Below, piece after piece: positions 21,074 through 30,797 of a DNA stretch of 64,000 nt. How positions within the stretch are numbered: the stretch's first letter is position 1; each line of letters begins with the position of its first letter. This DNA is from Gammaproteobacteria bacterium (lineage in GTDB: Bacteria; Pseudomonadota; Gammaproteobacteria; Pseudomonadales; Halieaceae). The stretch lies in the NCBI GenBank assembly GCA_030428835.1, contig JAUIEP010000006.1, positions 3,193 to 67,192 on the forward strand, in the 5' to 3' direction. A program made the translations under genes and the position numbers. The notes beneath the pieces were generated by a model that saw nothing but the letters and a program-made list of their open reading frames with translations, ran no database searches and was not told the DNA's origin.

Positions 21074-21900
21074 ACCAGCTCCCAACTCTCGTTTTCAGGA
21101 AACTCTCGTGCACGCGACTCATCGCGCAGCTTGATCAGGTGCGCCGTCAGCGAGAGCCTGGCCATCTTGTGCAGGCTTGTATCGACGTCGTCGTACACCG
21201 CCTTGACGAGTTCATCGAGGGACGCACGGCCCAGCTGCCCCATTTTTTCCACGACCTTGGCCTCGCGGCCGAGCCGGTGCGCCACGAGCCACTCCACCGC
21301 GGCCTGCGGGTCGTCGATGACCTCGCCGTGGCCCGGCGCAATGGTCTGCAGCGGGTAGTCGAGCAGTAACTGCAGCGACTCGATGTAGAGTTTCATGTCC
21401 CCGCTCGGCGGAATGATCACCACGGTGGAGCCGTTCATGATGTGATCGCCGGCGAACATCATGCCCTCCTCCTCGATGAAGAAGCAGAAGTGGTTGCCGA
21501 CATGCCCGGGCGTATGCACCGCGCGCAGCGTGAACTCGTCGGTTGCCAGCGCATCGTTGTGCGACAGCACACGCTGGGGCTGGAAGGTCTCGTCCTGAAA
21601 CATGTCGGTAATGACCGGGCCGCCCAGGGTCTCTGCGCCCGTCTCCCTCGCGATCGCCTGCCAGGCGGGCGAGTGATCAGGGTGCGTGTGGGTGCAGACT
21701 ATCCAGCGGATGCTGTCGCCGGCGGCGGCGAGGATGGCGTCGACATGGGCGTCGATCGGCGGGCCGGGGTCGAGCACCGCGACCTCGTTATTTCCGAGCA
21801 GGTAGGTATTGGTGCCGGGGCCGGTCATGACTCCGGGGTTGGGGGCGACGATGCGACGCACCCGGTCGTTCAAGCGGAAGGGAACACCGTGATCCAGCAT
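21070..21900 (-). CDS. MBL-fold hydrolase (LACTB2-like) with C-terminal winged helix
   Basis: PNPGVMTGPGTNTY, THTHPDH, HTPGHVGNH, FAGDH, PGHG. Confidence 0.85.
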   Translation of the reverse strand: MLDHGVPFRLNDRVRRIVAPNPGVMTGPGTNTYLLGNNEVAVLDPGPPIDAHVDAILAAAGDSIRWIVCTHTHPDHSPAWQAIARETGAETLGGPVITDMFQDETFQPQRVLSHNDALATDEFTLRAVHTPGHVGNHFCFFIEEEGMMFAGDHIMNGSTVVIIPPSGDMKLYIESLQLLLDYPLQTIAPGHGEVIDDPQAAVEWLVAHRLGREAKVVEKMGQLGRASLDELVKAVYDDVDTSLHKMARLSLTAHLIKLRDESRAREFPENESWELV

Positions 21901-21904
21901 GGGC

Positions 21905-23095
21905 TTACACCAGGTTGTCTATGGCGACCTCGGGGTTGACGTCGGCGTCGTAGTCCACGCCGTCCACCTCGAATCCGAAGAGTTGCAGGAACTCGCGCTT
22001 GTAGCCATCGAAGTCGGAGCGCTCGCGCAGGTTCTGGGTGCTGATGCCGTCCCAGAGTTTCGCGACCTCGCCCTGCACCGCCGGGTCCAGCTCCTTGCGG
22101 TCGGCGCGCAGGCGGCCCTCCTCGTCCAGGTAGGGTGAGTCGCTGTACAGCGAATCGCGGAACAAGCCGTCGATCTGTTCGATGCAACCCTCGTGGCTGC
22201 CCTGCGCCTTCATTACCTTGAACAGCAGCGCGAGGTAGATCGGCATCGCGGGAATAGCGGCGCTGGCCTGGGTGACCACGGCCTTGAGCACTGAGACGCG
22301 GGCGTCGCCGCCCTTCGCGGCGAGGCGCTCGCGAATGGCCACCACACGCTTGTCGAGGTCCTTCTTCGCCGCGCCGATGGTGCCGTGCCAGTAGATGTCC
22401 CAGGTGAGCTTCTCGCCGATGTAGGTGTAGGCCGTGGTCTTCGCACCGTCGGCGAGCACACCCGCCTCATCCAGCGCCTCGATCCACATCTGCCAGTCCT
22501 CGCCGCCCATCACCGCGACGGTGTTGTCGATTTCGTCCTGGGTGGCGGCCTCGATGTGAAAGTCCTGCACCTCTTCCTTGTCCGTATTCACTCCCTTCTG
22601 CACGGTGTCGCCGCCGATGGGCTTCAGGGTGGAAGTGTGCACCTCGCCCGTCACGGGGTGCTGGCGCCGCGGCGCCGCGAGGCTGTACACCACGAGGTCC
22701 ACCTGGCCGAGGTCCGCCTTGATAGTCTCGATGGTCTTGCGCTTGATCTCATCGGAAAACGCGTCGCCGTTGATACTCTTCGCGTACAGGCCGTCGGCCG
22801 CGGCGAACTTGTGGAAGGCGGCGGAGTTGTACCAGCCCGCCGTGCCGGGCTTTTTCTCCGTGCCCTCCTTCTCGAAGAAGATGCCGAGGGTGGAGGCCCC
22901 GGCGCCGAAGGCGGCCGTAATGCGCGAGGCGAGGCCATAACCCGTGGAGGCGCCGATCACCAGCACGCGCTGCGGCCCGTTCTCGATGGGACCTTTGGCC
23001 TTCACGTAGTCGATCTGGTGCCTGACGTTGGCCTCGCAGCCGGTGGGATGCGTGGTGATGCAGAGGAAACCGCGTACGCGGGGTTTGATGATCAT
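21905..23095 (-). CDS. fabV: Enoyl-ACP reductase FabV / trans-2-enoyl-CoA reductase
   Basis: [51 protein letters not shown]...VDY. Confidence 0.93.
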   Translation of the reverse strand: MIIKPRVRGFLCITTHPTGCEANVRHQIDYVKAKGPIENGPQRVLVIGASTGYGLASRITAAFGAGASTLGIFFEKEGTEKKPGTAGWYNSAAFHKFAAADGLYAKSINGDAFSDEIKRKTIETIKADLGQVDLVVYSLAAPRRQHPVTGEVHTSTLKPIGGDTVQKGVNTDKEEVQDFHIEAATQDEIDNTVAVMGGEDWQMWIEALDEAGVLADGAKTTAYTYIGEKLTWDIYWHGTIGAAKKDLDKRVVAIRERLAAKGGDARVSVLKAVVTQASAAIPAMPIYLALLFKVMKAQGSHEGCIEQIDGLFRDSLYSDSPYLDEEGRLRADRKELDPAVQGEVAKLWDGISTQNLRERSDFDGYKREFLQLFGFEVDGVDYDADVNPEVAIDNLV

Positions 23096-23160
23096 TTACT
23101 GGTCTATTCCTGGGCCGAGAATCGAGATCACATGGCATCCCACTCTGAAGGGTCGAATTC

Positions 23161-23255
23161 GTAGGGTCGAATTCATTCGACCTGGCACGGAGGTTCTCAA
23201 TGGCAACAATGTGCGGTATGCAGAACCGCCCCGCGTCGAATGAATTCGACCCTAC
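23161..23255. repeat. REP doublet (REPIN-like), 95 bp, inverted relative to 20979-21073; preceded by a partial arm (GGGTCGAATTC, 23150-23160)
   Basis: GTAGGGTCGAATTCATTCGAC...GTCGAATGAATTCGACCCTAC; its reverse complement aligns over the full length with the first copy. Confidence 0.8.
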
Positions 23256-23386
23256 AGTATGGCGCAACGCCTCGCAGAGCGAAAACGCTGAAAGTGTAGC
23301 ATAGGGCCATCGCGCAACGGCAGTGCCCGCTTGTGTTCGCCGCACACTTACCGTTCAATGAACGCCCGTCAAACGCTGCAGAGACC

Positions 23387-23965
23387 ATGAGCGATTCACC
23401 CCTGCGCTACCGCACGCCGGCGGCCTGGACGGAAACCGTCCTGGCCGACTTCGACAGTTTCCTGCAGGACCACGCCGCGGCGGAGAAGAAGGCCTCGGGT
23501 ATGGCTATTTCGATGCTGTCGCACTACCCCGACAAGGTGGAACTGGTTGCCGCGATGGCGGATCTCGCCGTCGAGGAGATGACACACTACCGCGAGGTGG
23601 TGAAGTGGATACACCGCCGCGGCCTGCTCACCGCGGCCGATGAGAAAGACCCCTACGTTATCGCGTTACGCGAGTCCATCCGCCGGGGGCGCGACGAGTA
23701 CCTCCTCGACCGCCTGCTCACCGCCAGCATCATCGAGGCCCGCGGGGCGGAACGGTTCGGTCTCGTGGCCGGGGCGCTCGACCCCGGCCCGCTGCAGTCC
23801 TTCTACCAGTCCATCGCGCGCTCCGAGGAGCGTCACTACACCCTCTTCCTGGAACTCGCACACGTGTACCTGGACGAGGCCATCATCGCGCCGCGCTGGA
23901 ACGCGTTGCTCGATATCGAGGCGTCGATAGCGGCGGCGCTGCCCCTGCGCGCCGCCCTGCACTGA
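23387..23965 (+). CDS. miaE: tRNA-(ms2io6A) hydroxylase, MiaE family
   Basis: DHAAAEKKAS, EEMTHY, DRLL...IEARGAERF, SEERHY (ferritin-like di-iron ligands). Start moved to ATG 23387. Confidence 0.85.
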   Translation: MSDSPLRYRTPAAWTETVLADFDSFLQDHAAAEKKASGMAISMLSHYPDKVELVAAMADLAVEEMTHYREVVKWIHRRGLLTAADEKDPYVIALRESIRRGRDEYLLDRLLTASIIEARGAERFGLVAGALDPGPLQSFYQSIARSEERHYTLFLELAHVYLDEAIIAPRWNALLDIEASIAAALPLRAALH

Positions 23966-23969
23966 GCGC

Positions 23970-25262
23970 GTGCGCGACGCGGTTGCCATTCAGCGCTATG
24001 TCGAGCGCTATAGCGAAACAGGTCTGCCGGCGTGTCCGGTGCGCGGCGCGCGTTGGGAGGCTGCGCTGGTCCTCCCGGCCTACCGCGAGGATGCCACCCT
24101 GCTCGGTGCGCTCGCGGCGCTCGCGCCCGCCGCCGGGCGGGTGCTGGTGTTGCTCGTACTGAACCGTCCGGACTCGTGCGCCGACGCCGCGGTCAACGAG
24201 CCCCTGCGCCGGGCTGTCCGCTCACTCCCGCCCGCCACGGCCGGGGCGCCGCTGTACTGCCTCGCCGACGGCGTTGAGCTCTACCTGCACGATATGGACA
24301 GCCTCGGCGGCCCGCTGCCCGCCGCGCAGGGCGTCGGACTCGCGCGCAAGACCGGCTGCGACATCGCCCTGGCGTGGTGGTGTGCCGGCGCGCTGGCCAG
24401 TGACTGGCTGCACCTGACCGACGCGGACGCCACTCTGCCGCGCGACTACCTGCAGCGCCTGCGCGACGCACCGCCAGGCATCGTGGCGGCGACGTTTCCC
24501 TTCCACCATGTTGCATCGGGAGACGACAGCCTCGACCTCGCCACGGCCCTGTACGAACTGCGGCTGCACCAGTATGTGCTGGGCCTCGAGTACGCCAATT
24601 CGCCCTATGCCTTCCACGCCCTCGGCAGCTCCCTGGCTGTACGCATGAGCGCCTACTGTCACGTGCGCGGTATCCCGCGCCGCAGCGGCGCGGAGGACTT
24701 TTACCTGCTCAACAAACTCGCGAAGATCGGCCGCGTCGTGCGCCTGTCGGGCAACTGCGTGCGCCTCGCGAGCCGCGCTTCCGACCGCGTGCCCTTCGGC
24801 ACCGGTCCCGCGGTCGCGGCCATACAGGCTGCGCCGCAACCACTCGCAACCACGCTCTTCTACGACCCGCGCTGCTTCGCCGTATTGCGGGCACTGCTGC
24901 GCTGCGTGCGCGACGCGGCGCGGGCGCAGGACTGGCGCGCGGAACAGGCGCTGGCGCAGGCGGGGGTCGACGCGGCCACGGCGCGACACGCCGACCGCGC
25001 GCTCGCGGCACTCGGTCTCGCCACCGCACTTGCTCACTGCCGCCGCCACGGCGCTACGCGAGCCGACTTCACGCGCCACTTCCACCTGTGGTTCGACGGC
25101 TTCCGCACCCTGAAATTCATCCACGCGTTGCGCGACGCCGCACTGCCGGACGTGTCGCTGCAGGCGCTCGCCGCGCTACAACCGGTGCTGTGGCCGACCC
25201 CGGCCGCGGACCCCGCGCAACTGCGCGCGGCTATTGCGCGCCACTGGGCGTGGCAGCGCTGA
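23970..25262 (+). CDS. GT-A fold (GT2-like) glycosyltransferase of unknown specificity
   Basis: VLPAYRE, GVGLARK, LTDAD (DxD), [23 protein letters not shown]. Confidence 0.65.
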   Translation: MRDAVAIQRYVERYSETGLPACPVRGARWEAALVLPAYREDATLLGALAALAPAAGRVLVLLVLNRPDSCADAAVNEPLRRAVRSLPPATAGAPLYCLADGVELYLHDMDSLGGPLPAAQGVGLARKTGCDIALAWWCAGALASDWLHLTDADATLPRDYLQRLRDAPPGIVAATFPFHHVASGDDSLDLATALYELRLHQYVLGLEYANSPYAFHALGSSLAVRMSAYCHVRGIPRRSGAEDFYLLNKLAKIGRVVRLSGNCVRLASRASDRVPFGTGPAVAAIQAAPQPLATTLFYDPRCFAVLRALLRCVRDAARAQDWRAEQALAQAGVDAATARHADRALAALGLATALAHCRRHGATRADFTRHFHLWFDGFRTLKFIHALRDAALPDVSLQALAALQPVLWPTPAADPAQLRAAIARHWAWQR

Positions 25263-27009
25263 CCGGCGCCCAGGGTGCCACGTTGCTGATCCACACCGTC
25301 TGGTAGGGCGCGAGTTCCAGCCTGCCGCCGGTGTCCTCGATGGGCGACCCGGATAACAGGTCGACCCAGTCAGCGGCGTCGATCAGGTTGATGTCGGCGA
25401 GATCGAGCGACTGCGGCTGCACACTGATATTGCTGATGCAGAAGATACTCTGGCGCCGGTCGGCGCTCTGGCGCCAGAAGCCGAACAGTTCGCTGCCGAG
25501 GTGGAGGGTGAACTGTGTGGCATTGGGATGAAACGCCTGTTGTGCGCCGCGCACGCGCAGCAACGCCTTCAACTCGGCGAAGGTGCGCGCGTGCTCCGAC
25601 ACCTCATCCTCCAGCTCGGCCTGCAACGCCTGCCAGTTCCACTGGTGCCGGTTGATCGCCCGGTAGTGCCCGGCATGTTCCAGCCGCTCATAATCATTGC
25701 GCGTGCCGAGCAGGCTGTGCAGGTAGATGCTGGGTATACCCTCGAGGCCCAGCATGATGGCGTGGGCGCACAGGAATCGCGCCATGCCGTGCCCGTCGGG
25801 ACCGGCGACCGTGCCCTGCAGCGCATCGTAAAGGGCGATGTTGATCTCGTAGGGTTTGCCCCGGCCGTCTTCCAGCGCGCGGTACGAGACATGCCCGCCG
25901 AAGCGCTCCATCGTGTCGATCAGGGACTGCAGTTCATCGTCGGACAGCAGGCCCTCCGCCGGGCGCAGGCCGATGCCGTCGTGCGACGCGATGAAATTGA
26001 AATAACAGGTGCCGTCCTGCGCCGGCGGCATGCTCATCAGCCAGCTCTTCAGGTGGGAACAATCGCCGGTGACCAGCGTGTTCACCAGCAGCGGCGGCAG
26101 CGAGAAGTTGTAGACACAGTGCGCCTCGTTGGCGTTGCCGAAGTAGGACAGGTTCTCGCGGTTCGGAATATTCGTCTCCGTGATCAGCAGCGCGTCGTGC
26201 CTGGCGTGCTCCACGAGCGTGCGCAGCAGGCGCACCACCTCATGGGTCTCGGGCAGGTTCAGGCAGTTCGTGCCCACCACTTTCCACAGGAACGCTATCG
26301 CGTCGAGGCGAAAAATACGCACACCGTTGTCGAGGTAGTGGCGAATGATGGTAACGAACTGGCACAACACCTCGGGGTTGCGGAAGTCGAGGTCCACCTG
26401 GTCGTGGCTGAACGTGCACCACACGTGGCGTTCGCCGCGCACGGTGTCCACGGCGCGCAGCAGCGGCGACGTGCGCGGGCGCACCACCTCGCTGAGGTCG
26501 GCGTCGGGCGACGCGGTGAAGAAGTAGTCGCGGCCAGGCGCCTCATCGCGCAGGAAGTTTTCAAACCAGAGACTGCGACTGGAGCAGTGATTGATCACCA
26601 GGTCCGCCATCAGGTGGTAGTCGGCGGCGATGGCGCGGATGTCCTGCCAGTCGCCAAGCGCCTCGTTCACGCTGGAGTAATCGAGTACCGCAAAGCCATC
26701 GTCGGAACTCCACGGGTAAAACGGCAGGATATGCACACCCGTCAACAGACCCTCGGTGTGCTCGTCGAGGAACGCCTTGAGTGTGCGCAGGGGCTTCTCA
26801 CCGTCACACAGCAGGCTGTCGCCATACGTGATGACCAGCGCGTCGTGCTGGCTCCAGTGATTGATCTGCTGCGGCACCGGCGCAATGTCCGGCGCCAGCC
26901 GCATGAGCGCCAGCAACTCCTGCGCCAGCTCCGAGTGATCCCCTTCCTCGCCGTAGATCACGGCGAGGTGGCGCTCCACCCGTTCCAGTAGCTGCGGCTG
27001 CGCCATCAT
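25231..27009 (-). CDS. GH13_18 sugar phosphorylase, probably glucosylglycerate phosphorylase
   Basis: [56 protein letters not shown]; downstream of gpgP-gpgS. Confidence 0.8.
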   Translation of the reverse strand: MMAQPQLLERVERHLAVIYGEEGDHSELAQELLALMRLAPDIAPVPQQINHWSQHDALVITYGDSLLCDGEKPLRTLKAFLDEHTEGLLTGVHILPFYPWSSDDGFAVLDYSSVNEALGDWQDIRAIAADYHLMADLVINHCSSRSLWFENFLRDEAPGRDYFFTASPDADLSEVVRPRTSPLLRAVDTVRGERHVWCTFSHDQVDLDFRNPEVLCQFVTIIRHYLDNGVRIFRLDAIAFLWKVVGTNCLNLPETHEVVRLLRTLVEHARHDALLITETNIPNRENLSYFGNANEAHCVYNFSLPPLLVNTLVTGDCSHLKSWLMSMPPAQDGTCYFNFIASHDGIGLRPAEGLLSDDELQSLIDTMERFGGHVSYRALEDGRGKPYEINIALYDALQGTVAGPDGHGMARFLCAHAIMLGLEGIPSIYLHSLLGTRNDYERLEHAGHYRAINRHQWNWQALQAELEDEVSEHARTFAELKALLRVRGAQQAFHPNATQFTLHLGSELFGFWRQSADRRQSIFCISNISVQPQSLDLADINLIDAADWVDLLSGSPIEDTGGRLELAPYQTVWISNVAPWAPVSAATPSGAQ

Positions 27010-27025
27010 ACCCGCAGGCCCTCCC

Positions 27026-28249
27026 TCACCCGCCGAACTCGGCGTGATCGGCCTCTACCGCCGCGCTGAGCTGTTCCAGCACATCGGGTTTGGCGCTGAT
27101 CACGCGGTTCCAGCTGGGGATGAACGGCCGCTCCATCGGGCTGCTGAGGAAGGCCTCCCCCGCCTTCATGATGTTTTCGGCGAACAACTCGACGGCTTTT
27201 TCCTCGTTGTGGATGTCGAGGTGCAGGCCGTTCATCAGGGCATCGTTGTGGTAGGTCTCCACGAAGTCGAGGGCGATGCGGTAGTAGGTCGCCTTCAGGG
27301 AGCGGAACGTCTCGGTGTTGAACGTTACGCCGCGCGTGGCCAGCTTGCGGAACAGCGCCTTGGCGATGTCGATCGACATCTTCGAGAGGCCGCCGCGCTC
27401 GTCGTCCTCGGACAGGTCCTGGTGTTTGTGGTCGTAGACATCCGCGATATCGGCCTGGCAGAGGCGATTGTTGGCGTAGTTACGATACATCTCCGACAGC
27501 ACGCCGATTTCCAGCCCCCAGTCACTCGGAATGAGAATGTCGTTGAGCACGTCGCGGCGGAAGGAGAACTCCCCGGCCAGCGGATAGCGGAAGCTGTCCA
27601 TGTACTCGAGGTACTCCATGTCGCCCAGCGTCTTCTTGAGCGCGCGCAGCAGCGGGGTGACCAACAGGCGGCTGACGCGCCCGTTGATGCGGCCGTCCGC
27701 GACACGCGCGTAGTAACCCTTGCAGAACTCGTAGCTGAACTGGGGATGCGCGACGGGGTAGATGAGCCGCGCCAGCAGGGAGCGGTGGTAGGTCGTGATG
27801 TCGCAATCGTGCAGCGCCACCGACTCGGCATGACCCGAGGCCAGGGTGAAGCCCATGCAGTACCACACGTTGCGGCCCTTGCCGAGTTCGCGCGGCGCGA
27901 TGTCCAGTTCGGCCAGTTCCGCGTGCAGTGCCTGGAGTCGGGGTCCGTCATTCCACAACACGCGATGGCGCTGCGGCAGCCCGCCGAAGAACTGCAGCGC
28001 CGCGCGGTACTGGTCCTCATCCGCGCGATCCAGCCCGATGACGATTTCGTTCAGGTAGGGCACCTGCTTGAGCTGCTCGATGATGTAGGGCAGGGCCTCG
28101 CCCTCCAACTCGGAATACAGGGAAGGCAGGATGAGGCCCATGGGGCGTCGCCTGGAAAAACTGAGCAGTTCCGCTTCCACCTCCGACAGGGGTCGCTGTC
28201 CGAGGTTATGCAGGGTGGTAATGATGCCGTTCTGGTAGAAGTCCGCCAC
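27026..28249 (-). CDS. gpgS: Glucosyl-3-phosphoglycerate synthase (GT81-like)
   Basis: [58 protein letters not shown]. Confidence 0.8.
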   Translation of the reverse strand: MADFYQNGIITTLHNLGQRPLSEVEAELLSFSRRRPMGLILPSLYSELEGEALPYIIEQLKQVPYLNEIVIGLDRADEDQYRAALQFFGGLPQRHRVLWNDGPRLQALHAELAELDIAPRELGKGRNVWYCMGFTLASGHAESVALHDCDITTYHRSLLARLIYPVAHPQFSYEFCKGYYARVADGRINGRVSRLLVTPLLRALKKTLGDMEYLEYMDSFRYPLAGEFSFRRDVLNDILIPSDWGLEIGVLSEMYRNYANNRLCQADIADVYDHKHQDLSEDDERGGLSKMSIDIAKALFRKLATRGVTFNTETFRSLKATYYRIALDFVETYHNDALMNGLHLDIHNEEKAVELFAENIMKAGEAFLSSPMERPFIPSWNRVISAKPDVLEQLSAAVEADHAEFGG

Positions 28250-28302
28250 GGTTAGCTCCGTCTGCTCTTTATGTTTTGCATTTGCATTTGCAATCCCTGC
28301 GC

Positions 28303-29139
28303 CTAGTCCTTCAGGCCCTGCGCGCGAAGCCAGCGCGAGATGCCCTCCGCCCAGCCCACCGGCCCGCTGCCATGGGTGTAGATAACACCGGCGGAGCGCG
28401 CAACGGCAGGGTAATCCCGCTCGGGCGATCGCACCAGTACGGCGGTGTCCGCCGCCTCCAGCATCGGGATATCGTTGTCGCTGTCACCGAGGGCGACCGT
28501 GGCTGCCACGCGGCCCCGCTGCGCGTACTGCGCGCACAACCAGTTCACCGCCTCGCCCTTGTCCAGCGTGCCGCTCACGGCCAGGAAGCGACCGCCGGCC
28601 TGCACCCGCGCCCCGCTCTCTTCGAGTCGCGCGATAAACAATGCGCGCTCCCCTTCGTCACCGAGCCAGCGCACCGGTTCGCTGAACTCGCGGCGGTTCG
28701 CGCGCTCCGCCTGTTCGGGGTCCAGGCCGGTGGCCGCCGCGATGCCGCGCGTGCCCATCTGGCTGAAGGTCGCGAAGGCGCCCGGGAACTCCGCGACCAG
28801 CGACTCGAGCAACGCTGTCCAGTGCCCGCGCGGCTCGGCCAGGGCGCGCACCCAGCAGCCGTCAATGGTGCGGGTGTTGTCGGGCTGCCGCGCGAAGTAC
28901 CCCTCGGGAATGCACACCGCCGCGCCGTTCTCGACGATAAACGGGCCTGCCTCGCCGAGCTGCAGCATGAGCGGCTCCAGTTCGGCCCGCGTCTTACTGG
29001 ACACCGGAATGACGGGAATCCCCTTGCGCTGCAGGTGATGCAACAGCGGCCGCGCGGGCTTGAAGCTGTATGAATAATGATCCAGCAGCGTGCCGTCGAG
29101 GTCGGTGAACACCAGGTAAATGTCGGGGGAATCCCCCAT
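28303..29139 (-). CDS. gpgP: HAD-IIB phosphatase, glucosyl/mannosyl-3-phosphoglycerate phosphatase
   Basis: FTDLDGTLL, SSKT, IVENGA, REFSEP, GGRF, ALGDSDND; AAGGAG RBS before ATG 29139. Confidence 0.8.
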   Translation of the reverse strand: MGDSPDIYLVFTDLDGTLLDHYSYSFKPARPLLHHLQRKGIPVIPVSSKTRAELEPLMLQLGEAGPFIVENGAAVCIPEGYFARQPDNTRTIDGCWVRALAEPRGHWTALLESLVAEFPGAFATFSQMGTRGIAAATGLDPEQAERANRREFSEPVRWLGDEGERALFIARLEESGARVQAGGRFLAVSGTLDKGEAVNWLCAQYAQRGRVAATVALGDSDNDIPMLEAADTAVLVRSPERDYPAVARSAGVIYTHGSGPVGWAEGISRWLRAQGLKD

Positions 29140-29366
29140 CCGCGCGCACTCCTTCATTGCCGACGCACCATTGCGGGTCTATCGCACCAACAGGGTGCGC
29201 ACGAGCGTCCACTATAGCGCACATTGGCCGCATATCGTCCGGGTGAAGCAGGTTTCATGCCAGTACGTGGCGGGATTCGCCCGCGCACCCATGAAGTGCA
29301 ATAATGGCGCCCGTTCGCGGCTTGCGCCGCGAGTCCAGCATTATCCGGAGCAGGAGCACCGATGCC

Positions 29367-30797
29367 GTGAATACCGCCTCCCCGAATGTGGACCCGCAAT
29401 GGCGCGAGGTCATGAACCGCGGCTTCAACGGTGCGCGCCGGGGTGACTTCGCGGAAGCGCTGCAGTCCTTCGACACGGCCGTGAAGCAATGGCCCCAGTA
29501 CATCGAGGGCTGGATCAACCTCGGCTCCAGCCTGCTACAGTGCCGCCAGTTCAACGCGGCCGCCAACGTGCTGCACGAGGCCGTACAGCGCGCGCCCGAC
29601 AATCCCTTAAGCCACGCCATGCTGGGCGACGCCGTGCGCATGCTCGGCAAGCGCTACCTCGCGCTGGAATACTACGAGAAATCGGCGGCGCTGCAGCGCA
29701 CGCCGGACATCCTCAACCGCATGGCCCTGTTGCGCGGCACCATGGGGGAGCTCGACACCGCGCTGGCCCTGTTCGATGAAGCGCTGGCCCTGGCACCCGA
29801 TTTCCGCCTGGCGCGGGTCAACCGCGCCACCCTCTACAGCGAGCGCCGCGAATTCGACCGGGCCACCGCGGAGTTCAACGCACTGGCCGCCGGGCAATTG
29901 CCGCCGGCGGAGCGCGCTGTCGTGGAGTCCGGCCTGGCCGCCATCTCCGAGTATCACCGCCTGGACGATGCTGTCCGCGCCCTGCGCGACAGGGGCGACT
30001 TCTCGCCACTGGAGGCGGCAGTCGCCGACCTGCCGGAGCACGCGCAACACATTGATAACGCGGCGCTGCAAACGGTGGTCACCTACGCGCGCCGCCTGTG
30101 CGAGTTCAAACTGCCCGATGTCCCGTTGCCCACGGAACTGCCCGATGACTGGCCGCTGATCGAGGCACTGCACATGGTGCCTCATGTCCACAGCGTCGAC
30201 GAATTCCTGCCCCTGCGCTCGCGCCAGTGGGGCGACGTAGAGCCGGGGTCGGAACGCCACCAGTCGCTGGTGATGGAGCCCTCAATCGAGGCGGCGCTCG
30301 ATTGTCGCGACGACATGGGAGACCCCGTGCGCGCGGAGGTGCACCTGCGCCACTGGCACGCGCTGTGCACGCGCGATATTCCGCACTTCATGCCGGGCCA
30401 CTTCAAATACTCGCAGAACGGTTCGGCGCGCAACCCGGAGTTGCCGCGCGTCGACCCGGCCTGCGCCAGCAGCACCGTGCAACACTTCATCCGCGAAATT
30501 TACCCCACCGCGCCGCCGGGGTTCGGCCGCGCCATGCTGGTCTTCCTCGCGGTGACGGACCTGCACCCGTTCGCCGACGGCAACGGCCGCGTGGCGTTCA
30601 CGTGGATGAACCGCGAACTCGCGTGGGCGGGCCAGATGCCCGCCCTGTTTTCCGAACCATTGGGTTTCAAGGGTGTGCTGGGTGATGCGCTGCGCGACGT
30701 GCGCAACAACGGCGGCGACCTCACCCCCATGATTGCCGCGATCCGCGCCGGGCAGGAGCATGCCCACGGATTCTGCGCGGAACTGGCACGTCGATGA
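29367..30797 (+). CDS. TPR-repeat plus Fic-domain protein, paralog 1
   Basis: N-terminal TPRs (GWINLG, HAMLG, ARVNRA); Fic flap PGHFKY; motif HPFADGNGRVAF. GTG start 29367 after AGGAG. Confidence 0.8.
   Translation: MNTASPNVDPQWREVMNRGFNGARRGDFAEALQSFDTAVKQWPQYIEGWINLGSSLLQCRQFNAAANVLHEAVQRAPDNPLSHAMLGDAVRMLGKRYLALEYYEKSAALQRTPDILNRMALLRGTMGELDTALALFDEALALAPDFRLARVNRATLYSERREFDRATAEFNALAAGQLPPAERAVVESGLAAISEYHRLDDAVRALRDRGDFSPLEAAVADLPEHAQHIDNAALQTVVTYARRLCEFKLPDVPLPTELPDDWPLIEALHMVPHVHSVDEFLPLRSRQWGDVEPGSERHQSLVMEPSIEAALDCRDDMGDPVRAEVHLRHWHALCTRDIPHFMPGHFKYSQNGSARNPELPRVDPACASSTVQHFIREIYPTAPPGFGRAMLVFLAVTDLHPFADGNGRVAFTWMNRELAWAGQMPALFSEPLGFKGVLGDALRDVRNNGGDLTPMIAAIRAGQEHAHGFCAELARR

Noticed and set aside
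20979-23255. Composite transposon carrying fabV and the MBL gene between the two REP doublets
   Set aside because: No transposase or target duplication; the cargo is housekeeping with normal GC; scattered REPs explain the pattern.
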